Assembly: GCA_030141605.1 (NCBI GenBank)
Contig: JAQGDQ010000242.1
Coordinates: 62,001 to 126,000, forward strand
Direction: 5' to 3'
DNA from: Tubiluchus corallicola
Taxonomy: Eukaryota > Animalia > Priapulida
Length of the DNA stretch: 64,000 nt
A program made the position numbers and the translations under genes. The notes below the pieces were generated by a model. The model did not search any database and had not been told where the DNA came from. It saw only the letters and a list, made by a program, of their open reading frames with translations. Positions 26,301-38,300 of this stretch are shown here, one piece after another. The first letter of the stretch is position 1; every line of letters begins with the position of its first letter.

Positions 26301-29300
26301 ACAACTAATTAGCATAGACGCCAAGCTCAGGGAGTACAAATTACACAGGACATGTCAGGGCAACTGTTTTAACCATTGTCACTGAAGGATAAATGTGCAA
26401 TAATTTTAATGAAGATTTAATATACGTAAGGTCGTGGATGAACGGTAGAAACAAAGTAAAGGCAACTACAAAACCTTGAGGAACACCAGCGTTGACTTCA
26501 CACACAGCACACTATCATTCATAAAAAACTTACAATCTGCGAGTATTGAGATATGACAATCATAAGCTGCCTAACAGACTGCATACTGCGGCTTATTTCA
26601 CTTGCCACTTCTGTGACAAAAGTTTATAGAGCAAGCCTTTGTCAGAGATCTGATCTAAAGTCTTGGCCAGTGTCATGTAGTATCCTGGTTTCCTCTAGGC
26701 ACTCTAAAGCTTTTTTGTTATAGAAAACCGAAAACCAACAGGCAAACTAGCTAAACCACAGTAAATGCTCATAAGGCAGGGCTTTAAAAGTTCAATGATT
26801 TTCCTGAACTACCTGCATTTAGTAATCGCATTGTGACAATTGAACTTCCGTCACGATATCCGTTATACATTTACAGAAATGTAGAAACCTTGTAAAATGT
26901 CAACTGCAACAATTTTTCAACTTTTTAGGGTCCAATTATTTACAACATCGGTTTTATCACTTACGTCACGCGTATAACACGAGCGATTGGTCGAACGAAT
27001 TGCCTTTTGTTTTATGTGTTGTCAGAGTTTTGTGAAATTGATAAACTAATTGAATGATTTCAGTAAAATGTTACTAGTACTAATCAAAATAGCTGTTGAG
27101 TCGTGTAGGTGTATAAATGGATTTGGAAAACAGTCAAACGCATAAATCTGTTTACGCAAGAACGATGCCAAATTTCGTCAAAACAATGAAGCTGCCATTT
27201 TCAACCGAGGGATTTAAATAGGTCTCATCTTCGGATATTTTATTCTTGATAAACAGCTGGATTCCGGTCCTTACACAAATGCCAGTGCTGGTAGCCCTGG
27301 TGCTGGATATCAAGACACCACAAAGATCGTATAAATAATAGATGGTTGACAATATCCTTTAGTAAGTATTAGAGATTAGACTCCTGTTGACAAGTTTAAG
27401 TAAAATGAAAATCAGTCAAGCCTAGTTTTACTAACTGATCAGAAGCAACAGATAAACACACAGAAACAGGCTAGGTTTAAATCGAAACATCCCCTTATTA
27501 GGATGGGAAAGCAAAATGAGAAGAAACATACCAGTAACACAATAACTTAACTATGTATTCATTTTGTATTTACGTTCTCAAATCACGGCTTTTCATTCAG
27601 TTCATATCAAACGTAGAAAATTCTCATCAACTACATCATCACTTTACAGACCCTTGTTACAGACAGCTGGAATATTTCTAGGAAATAACTTTGGTTATAA
27701 ACTCTGAGATATACATTATAAAACTAATCAATGCAATGACTCAGACATGCAAAAACTGCAGATATAGCTGGCAGGTCTTGGTGGCTATTTGGGAAGAAAA
27801 GGTAAGCAACATCGAGCCTGATCACCAAATGTATGGGTGAGTGCTAGGACAACAGCTCCAAGATGGTTTCATCTGACATGCTACCGCTATTTTTGTTCGT
27901 TGACAGAGAATGTATATGCACTCGAATGCGACTTAGAAAACTACAACTACATCCTCTGTAATACCAGTTCGGTGTCTCACTGTACAAGATTACCACTTAT
28001 AAATAACTAGATGCTGGTCCCTCCACAACCACTAAACATAAGTAGCATCTTAGTGAGCATTGCCGTTGAGAATTGGGTTCCGGCTTGTAATGTACCGTTC
28101 GGTATAGAAAAAATCTTCGAAAAACGTAGAGAGAGAGACGGTGCATTATACATGGTTTGTTGACTGGGTGTTGTAGCCAGAATAAGAAGTTTAAAGTCTC
28201 AGTTCTCCCAGCAACATACCTTCACCAACGCCTATTAGCAAAATGCTACCTTTTCATTGAGATACTCGTTAGATGGTTTTATGATCCGCAAATTACTCTA
28301 TAAACCATTTCTTAATTCCCTTGTTAATGCTGTGTGTCGCAGAATCTCTTTTTTATCAGCGGTGTTTACAGTTTCTATGACAACGGGGAGTATAGAGAGG
28401 TAATAATTTCAATCAATCGCGCAACGTCCGTAATGCGGCGCTGGAGGTTTTGTGAATATATTTTAGAGATCCATGTAGAAACAAAAATGGAATTCTAAGT
28501 AAAAAAACAGAGATCAGAAAATTAAAAGTACATTCAAACTCAGTTTAACTTTAAAGAAATGAAGTGCAACTTAGTCACAAAAATATTTTAAGAACTGCTT
28601 GCAAACACACGTTACAATAATCATGTTCAAGGGATACGTGTGTGACATTTACAGGGACTGCATCATTTCAAAACTTGAAAGCCTACTATTTGGTAAAATG
28701 GCAACAATAATTTGGAAATCTTCTAAAGCAAATTTTGTGGAAATAACATACATATGCGTATCACGGACCAACTGTAGAAACAAACAATAATAAGCAATCA
28801 TAACAAATAAGCTGTCGGGAATTAATAAAACGCCAATTAAGACAAAATGACTTCGAAATTTACGATCATTTGTAAAGTCATCCCTTTTCACAGCAAAAAG
28901 ACTGAAAAACAGATGCTTAATCAACAAAAAAGACAGTTATTATTCAACATCTTGGGCACACAAATTCAGAATACATCAAAGATGCACCAGTCATGGATCT
29001 ACTCGTGAGACGGGATATTCATGATCCAAGCAGCACGCGTCCGTTTCACTTTATATATTCATATAATTACATTTTATACATATATGTATGTATGTATGTA
29101 TACATATTATATTTCACTTGCAGTAATAATTCAGACTATTCGTGCAAGCGCAACACTGCGAAGCAAACTTCCCACCATTGACATACAACAAATTTCAACT
29201 AAAACATGCAAATAATGCTGATAAGCTCATCAGTTTTAAAAACCCACTGGTAATGCTTGCTGTGGTCAGCAAAAAGAAATTAAGCCTCGTTGTATAAGTA

Positions 29301-32300
29301 CAGTTTATTTCTTTCAACTATCTTTAACAAACTGATTATATTAAAGGAGTACACACAGGCGTTTAATTTTTAGACGAGCACTTTGGTAGATGTGGAGAAA
29401 TTGGATGACAGTAGGTTTGGTGTGTACGACACAGTTCTAACGTGGACTTTTCACCAAGAGCTGGAATTATACCGCGAAGCAGCAGATATGTATATATTAA
29501 GCCTGCTTCCGGCTTAATATATGTATTGTGTAAGCATCCTAAGCATCAGTTCTTTCATAGTGAGAAATCACTGACTAAGCATTCAGAAGTGCTTCAGTGA
29601 GGTCCTTAAACGATAAGACGGAACAGCTTTTACTCTTACAATTCCTTCTTCTTGAAGAAGCCACGCAGGAGTTTCCTTATCAACTATACTCACCTTTTCC
29701 AATGATGTTAGTACATCTTGTACAGACAACTGTATGCCAATTACGGATGGGCGCAGGACACAATTAGGTGGCTCAGCTTCTACCACTAGGGGGCGCCTGT
29801 CACATAATGTCCACCGACTGCGAGCACGGCGAGCCAATGTTCTCAAAAGCCGTTACCACTACGTCGAAAACACAATGACAGTGGAGTAAGCATGCACCAC
29901 TGGTTTTCGTAACCCGGCTATAGATGTCGACACTATCGTCAAGAAAAATGCACGATTAATTTGATCAACATTTAATGGCTGCTAATGAATAGAAAAAAAC
30001 AGACATCATTAGCGAAAAAAACAGAAGCGTCGACCAGCCTTTTCAGAAACTGAATGAGTAAGACTAGCGAACGAGGACCCACCCACACACGAGCACGTGC
30101 AACACTTCAGCACACTTATGCGCCCATTACAGTAAAACTAGGGACACATCACACGACGTAATGAATTGCCTAAACACTGTCAGAGTTTAGATAATAATTA
30201 ATCCCAGTGTGCATGCAAGCCACTCGTATGTAGCAATCAATGGTAGCGTGGCTTCATCCATAGCACGCTACAGATGCGTAAAGAGCAGAAGAGGTGTCAG
30301 GTGAAGCCATTTGTTAGGTGATACCTGGCTAGTTGCGAAGTCATTAGCGCATAGGCTACAGTGACACTGCGACGTATAATAAACTCACATCACCTGGGAA
30401 GTTGAACGGCAACAAACACCCCGCTTGGGGCGCCAAGATGGCCTAACAAGTAATACATATTATCACACAAGGTCAAACCAATGGCTATTAATAAGCAAAT
30501 TATAGGAAAAATGTTTAGTCTGTCAAAAACGAGAAGAATGTTTAGTCTGCTGTCAATAATTACTTAGACATCTGCCGACAATGAGCAATATTTTAAAATA
30601 ACGAAACAAAAATAGTGTTATCAAAAACGTCTGATCTATCCAGACTGCTTTCAGAGTAATTCGGAATTAAAATGCTCACAAAATATGATCATACACGTTC
30701 ATGCTTCCATAAATGTTTATAGAAAAGTATAAATTACAAGTTCTTGTGTATACTATGGGACAACGTGTGACTAATAAATCGAAAGATAAAGAAACACGTA
30801 CAACAACGCAACCGTTGGAAAACATAATATGAAAGATTGAAAATTATTAAATTAACTATACGTCCGAAATGTAAATACTATACTTATAGTAAATACACCT
30901 ATTACTGTAATTCTTTGCCAAGATAGGTTTGTGGTCCTCAGTATGGCTAATGGCCAAACCAACTGTTGCTAACTTCTAGCCAGTGGGCTGAAACTAACAT
31001 TGATAATAGTGCAAATGAGTAACTTGTGTAAATATGGACAGAAAGATAAGCATATCACCTGAGCCTAGCCTGCCTACCTACCTAGTCAGTCTTACTTTAT
31101 GGTTTGCAAGGTACAAGATCGTTGCGCTCGTTCAAGCAAACTAAAATACAAAGTTTATTAGAGTTTTAACATTATGAAGTTATCCAAAGGGGTAAGTTAT
31201 GTTACGTAAGCTGATCAATATTTACCTTTAACAATTGTAATTTGCATTAAAATATGTAACACAGGAAAGCTTACACAGTAATTATTCTTACACGTACAGC
31301 TGCTTAAGAAAGTTTGTTATACAAGAAACTAACCAGACAATGCTTTTTCATATTTTGCTGCCTAGAAATTTTATAGAGTAGTTCGATGAATGCTGTTGTT
31401 ATACTTTAATTTCATTAGATTATCATAATTATAGTTTAGTCAAGATACCTATTGGAAATAAATCTACTCTCTTACTAAAAATTTCTAGCAAGTTTATTAC
31501 TAGGAATTTCATGCATTGTCGTGCAAATTTAGATACAATATTACGTTTTTTTAATTTCAGCAGAGAAAGAGCATTTTCATATACACATAGCGACTTACTA
31601 TTCATATCTATCATACTGAAGTATTGTGAAAGTTTTCTTATAAAGCTTTCAGAGTGTGTTAAAGCAACAACTCCATGTACTTATGTAGTATACCGGGGGT
31701 CAAAGTCGTATGTGTAAGTTCTACTATAAACATCGCAATCTGATCATCAAAGCTGATATTTTGCTTGCTCAACAACGCAAGGCGCACATTTCTATTTCTA
31801 GGCACTGACGTCAAGGGATTTGGATGGACTTATATTGAAATTTGTCAGGTTGGAAAATGAAGTAGTCACGCTGATAATTTTGTTTTGTTACAGAGAGAAT
31901 GTGTTTCTATCCACGTTGGGCAAGCTGGGGTGCAGATCGGCAATTCCTGCTGGGAACTCTACTGTCTAGAACACGACATACAACCTGATGGAACTTGTGA
32001 GAATGAAATTGAAGAGTCATACACCACATTTTTCAGTGTGACCGATTCTGGCAGGCATGTACCTAGGGCTATATTTGTGGATTTGGAACCCACAGTCATT
32101 GGTAAGCCTCGAAAAGTACACTTGGCTTAAATTTAAATAATTACCTATAAAACGTAAATAAGAACATTTAAGTTGAAGGCATTTAAAGCTCTCAGAGAGG
32201 CCATCAATAACATTTCATACAATATGCTATTCATTTATATGTAAAAACGTTCAGGTAAACAGCTGAGTTGCGATTGTATGAGCTTAGCAAACAAGCTTAA

Positions 32301-35300
32301 GCAACATCGAGCCTAGTTAGTGAATGGATGGGTAACTTCCGGTTCTATCCTCGCCCACGTAGATTTGTTTACCACACTACTCTTGGTTATTTACTATATT
32401 CTGGTAGGGTATGCATACACATCCGGCATGACTGATATATCTGCCTCATCTTAGAGAACTATCCGACTAAGCTGTATAAAAGATATAGATAGTGTAGGTA
32501 CTAAGGCATTCATTAGCACAGGCGGGCTTCAGAATCATTTAGGGGTGAGAGAAAGTTGCAGTGATGAACTTAAGTAATGCCAGCCTTAAATTGGTGAGTG
32601 CAGTCCATCTAACTGTACCAGTAAAACAACTACTGATTCTCTTTTCATGTCAAAAAATAGTTAATAAAAGGTCAAAGTACTGAATATCAGCCTGCTGTGT
32701 ATACAACTGCATATAAATTAATGTGCATAAGCGATTATCACAGTCAATACAGTTTTATTTATTTCCACAGCTATTTCTGACTTCCAATTCTCTGTTCATG
32801 TTAGCCATATGGAGTCATAATTTCCTAATTTTTCCAATGCACATGTAGATGAAGTTCGGACAGGACAATATAGACAACTCTATCATCCACAACAACTAAT
32901 AAGTGGAAAAGAAGACGCTGCCAACAATTACGCTAGAGGTCACTACACAATCGGCAAAGAAGTTATTGATGAAGTAATCGAAAGAGTGCGAAAACTGGTA
33001 AGTCCGCATATATTTGTCATACATGTATGTCATATAATTTGTTTAAGTGAAACCTTTTTAACCAAATAACACTCAAAAGTTTTTGATATTTCCTCAATGC
33101 CATAATATGCAAACCACCAAGTAATGTCTCAGTGTTTATTATTATCATAATTTAGGATTGGTTATAGGTTTCACGCTCAACCAACCACTTTCCAAATTAC
33201 ATGCAAAGGTTTAGGATTTCTCAAATTTCATTTTCTTATTTATACTGCTTGTTTCTTGAAGTAAATTGTTAAACAAGGTCAACACAGAATCATTTCCTTC
33301 TGCAGACTGACAATTGCAATGGATTACAAGGTTTCTTGGTCTTCCACAGTTTTGGAGGAGGAACAGGTTCTGGCTTCACCTCACTTCTTATGGAACGCCT
33401 ATCTGTTGACTACGGCAAAAAGTCCAAACTTGAGTTTGCTGTGTATCCAGCTCCAAGGGTAGGTTGATGATTCTTCAATATTTATAATGCATACATTTAA
33501 CAAAAATTTGAAAAAAAATGACATATTACGTTTCACAAGCTAAAATTCTTCTGCAGATTTCTACGGCAGTGGTGGAACCGTACAACTCCATCCTTACCAC
33601 CCATACAACATTGGAACACAGTGACTGTGCTTTCATGGTGGACAATGAAGCTATTTATGACATCTGTCAGCGTAACCTAAACGTAGCTCATCCCACCTAC
33701 AACAACCTCAATCGCCTTATCAGCCAGATAGTCTCCTCAATCACTGCATCCTTGAGGTTCGACGGGGCCCTCAATGTGGACCTCACTGAATTTCAAACAA
33801 ATTTAGTGCCATATCCACGAATCCATTTTCCTCTGGCAACTTACGCGCCAATTGTACCAGCTGAAAAGGCATACCACGAGCAACTAAACGTTTCAGAGAT
33901 CACCAATTCCTGCTTTGAGCCATCCAACCAGATGGTAAAATGTGATCCACGCAATGGCAAGTACATGGCTTGCTGTTTACTGTATCGTGGCGACGTGGTC
34001 CCAAAAGATGTCCAGGCAGCCATTGCAACCATCAAGACAAAAAGAACCATCCAGTTCGTCGACTGGTGTCCCACTGGCTTCAAGGTTGGCATAAATTATC
34101 AACCTCCAACGGTCGTGCCGAGTGGCGACTTGGCCAAGGTCCAACGTGCTGTCTGCATGCTGAGCAACACCACAGCAATTGCAGAGGCATGGGCGAGGTT
34201 AAATCACAAATTTGATTTGATGTACGCCAAACGTGCATTTGTGCACTGGTACGTGGGAGAGGGAATGGAGGAAGGCGAGTTTGCCGAGGCTAGGGAAGAT
34301 CTTGCTGCTCTTGAGAAAGACTATGAAGAAGTCGCAGAGGAATCCTATGACGACGACGAACAAGTAGATGAATACTGATTGTAATGTAGAACAGCTAAGT
34401 TGATTGAATAGATGCACAGTCAACGTAGTTTGAGTTTTGTAGCTGAACTTTAATAGACAGCATAACAGACTGGTTGGAAATTAGGCAGACATATCGGACG
34501 CGAATAAAGTTTGATAACCTACTACATACTATATACAGGAATTTTTATAAAGTCTAAATTTGGAATTTTGGAAAAAACGAAAAAAATTGCTAGTAAAAAA
34601 TTATTACGTAATTTTCTAGACAATGTCTTTAATATCGTTATCTTTTACATGCATTAGCAAGCCAGCATTATTTTAACAGTTAAAATAAAAACTGTCACAA
34701 TCGTTTTACCTTAATGTTTTTACCTTAATTGTGATCATCATCATCATTCGCCCATTACATCTGTTACAGACTATAATGTCTCTAAAAGAAATTTGCTCTC
34801 AAGACAATTAAACACACAATTGATCCAGTAAAAAACTAGACACTACTATGCCAGTAAGTCGGCAAGTTTCAGCCATTCAACAATATGGCTTATCTACACT
34901 TGCAAAATGTAAATCCAGTAACAAGGCAGCAACAATAACATATGGCCTTTGGCAAAATAAGCCTAGTTTCGAAAAAGACACAAATATTCGTAAAAATTGC
35001 AAGAGGTTCTTAATTTTTACGGGATTTTGGGCACAGGGTGACATCAGCACTGTACGATAACGGTTGGGGTCCAGCTAAGGGTCCAACAAAATGACCAAAT
35101 TAGTATTGTTCTTTTTGTGATTACCGCATAGGAAAAATCCTGCAATTAAAAATGTCTTTTTTCCCAAGAATGAAAGCAGAAACTGTATTTTAGCACCCCT
35201 GTTCTGCTTTTAATGAAATTTCATTCACATTTAGCTGAATCCGTCTGTGACACCATAAAAAATTATTTTACAAAAAGTTTACTGGAATGTGCAATTTAAG

Positions 35301-38300
35301 ATTTTCACAGAGTATTAAAAATAGTTTACTTAAAAACACGGCTTTCTCTGAAGAAAAAACTAGATGTTTCGTTTTTCCTGATGAGTTACAGACTCGTATT
35401 AGTTCTGTCAGAATAGGTGCATAAAATAAGCATTATACTATTAGGTGTCGCCATCTGCTGGCCAAATTATTCGTTCATTAGTCAAAAGTAACAACATTAC
35501 TTTGTACTCACTGTACGATGTTTTTTATTTTAGAGCCTCAAACTTCTTGGGTAACCATAGCAACGTGAAGACTGCGTTTAATAAAGACAATAATTTATTC
35601 TTTGTAATCATAAAGTTAATGGCTCAGCACAGAAACCTACAGGGAAATAATTATATTCAATATCACCTTTCAAAATCCTTGCTGATGAAGTCGAGAAAAA
35701 AGTACATTTATACAAGAGAAGAGTTAAATGCCAAAGCGCAGAGCCTAAAAGCATTGCTTGCTATTTACATAAACATTACAGCAGGGGAACATCGTCTATT
35801 ATTGTTATGTATGCGTTTTACCAGGCCGCAGATGTGGCATTAGAGATCTAGTTTACAAAACCACGTTTAAGAACATTAACAGTCTACATTTTCAAAAAAG
35901 TTAAAAACTCTAGCTGTAGATCTCACTGCCGCCTTTTACGTAGCAGTAAAAGGTTTTTATTTTGTTTTAATGCATTATCTGTAATTTATTTTGTTGTTTA
36001 ACATGAAGTTTTGTTGCACTTATCATCTAGTTTGCACCTGAACATTTTCATAGAACAGTGTCATAAACTACACTGACTCACTATCTTTAAAGCAAAACCG
36101 TACCCAATCTTAAATTGTAGGCCAAAACAATATACTTTTTAAAATATTGAAAGGAAACATACTATTTTTCAAAAATGACTTACGTGAAAGAATTATTACC
36201 ACACAAACACAATTTCGTGTTCGTGCCACTAGTTCTTTGCTGTTACATGCACTTCACCATTCGCTAAACGAGCACTACCCTGCATTTCAGAAACGCATTG
36301 CATAAAAAGTAGGTGCTGTATCTCAGAGTTCAGATGTGTTAGTTTGTGACGAACTACACACGTTCCACAGCTCATGCGTGAGCACAGTGGTAAAATTGAA
36401 ATTTGAATTTTTATCTTAAAACTTGCCGAGTTTTAGTACAACACACTGAATGTGTTACAGTAGCACTGCAGCACATTCATTCGCTTCAGCAAACACGTGT
36501 AACAGGCTCGTGGAATATTTCTGATGTTGAAAATTATGTTAATTTGTGATGTCGTCAATAAATGGGCTCGCCCGCCATTCTTTAAGTTTTTAATCTTTTT
36601 ATTTAATTATCAGAAACGCTTTTGCAGTATTAATAGTGTTAAAATGTATACTTTTTATCACACTTGAAAATGGGGTGGTATATGAAAAATCATCTTGTCT
36701 TCTTTTAATTGTAAAATATACATTATGATGTCATTTTTGTTAAAGGCAAATAAAGAATTTTGCTACTACTTACTTCGAAGATAAATACCTATACATAGAT
36801 TTTGGCCTACATTAGACAACCATCAAGCTTCACTGCAATGACACAGTGTTAGACGTATTGAAAGTTTAGATGTTTTTCAAATTTGAACAAAGGAAACTGT
36901 TAGAAAGTAATTTAACTGCAACACAGTTAGAATGTAACATGAACATCACCAGGTTGCTGGAACTTCACTGTGGACTGAAAAAAATGACACAGAGAGAGAC
37001 TACTAAATTGAAGCCTTAATATTATTAAGTTGATACAAATTCTTCTAGAAAGCCTCTGTCTTTCTATGACACTACCTGATATAAATATAATTTTAGTCAG
37101 TAAGCCTTTCCTTGAGCATGAGGCAACAAAAATGGGCAAATGATGAAAACATGGGAATATAATGAAATAACGAAATAACTGGAACAATCTCCTTAGTTGT
37201 AAAAGACTTAAGGTTGTAAAGATGTTGTAATACATAGCTAAACATCCTAACATCTTTATATTTCAGAATTAGTAACAAAGTGAAATAATTAGACATAACA
37301 GAGCCAAAAGTGCAATTTAAATTGTACACTTTATCTGCAGACTATATTTTTATTATTGTCAAAGAGGCAAAAAAATAAAACCTTTGGCCACAGTAACCAC
37401 TGATAAAGAGGCCTCAGGAAGAAGAAATGGTATACAGGTGGAGTAATTATTGCAGATGAAATACGTAGAAGTAGATTAATATACAATGGCACAATTATTA
37501 ACATACATCAGTACAATTAGTTTATGATTAGTACAAACTACACTTAGTTTATTTATATTTATTATGAATTTACAGAACTAATGGCAAATCAAAATGTCGT
37601 TAAAATTTTGCCATTTTGCTAAAAAAATTATTATGAGTTTAATGTAGCTCTAAATAGAGCTATAGCTACTCAAATTGAGAAAGGAAACCCTGATATAATC
37701 TACCCTTTTTATTCTATTTCAGATACTCTATATTAAAGAACAATTGTGCATTTTCGGTTCTTTAGGAAAAACAAAATCCCGTCAGCTTACCAGAACCTAA
37801 ACAATTTCAGGACTGACAAGGCAGTATTTCCGAATCGTATTGTGGTACATTCAATTAGTGATTACTGAAACTATAACCAGATGTCACCACGATACGGGAT
37901 TACGAAACCTTAGAAAACTATATCCTCTAGGTGGCTGACAGCTCGTTTATTGAGCAGGTGAGCGTTTTAGCTGCATTATATGCAAGTTACTGAAAAATGT
38001 ACATAAATTAGCACATATGACGTTAAATAATCGGCCAATTACGCCATAAATATGAACGTAGTAGACACAGTATATTCACACAAATTAATTCTTTATGTCC
38101 TGATTTTCTAGATACGAATAATGGAGATAAACTGATTTTTCTCATTGGGACCAAGGATGTCGATATTTTAAATATAGTGCGTAACTATGTAAATCATTGC
38201 TTTACGAATAGTTCATGAATTTAATTGTTAATATCTATAGGGTGCTGCAGCAATAATCTAAATTCTGTGTTTATATGGTTTTTATATTATACGTGTTTTA

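Noticed and set aside
27152-27352. Minus ORF with phase-0 donor TGT|gtaagg
   Set aside because: No in-frame ATG or good acceptor; likely chance.
36178-36300. Donor CAC|gtaagt with upstream ATGs
   Set aside because: All ATG frames stop before the donor; at most a non-coding exon.
36949-36974. Possible 25-nt dystrophin micro-exon (ttttttcag|TCCACAG..CTG|gtgatg)
   Set aside because: Weak donor and frame-breaking length between two phase-0 junctions.
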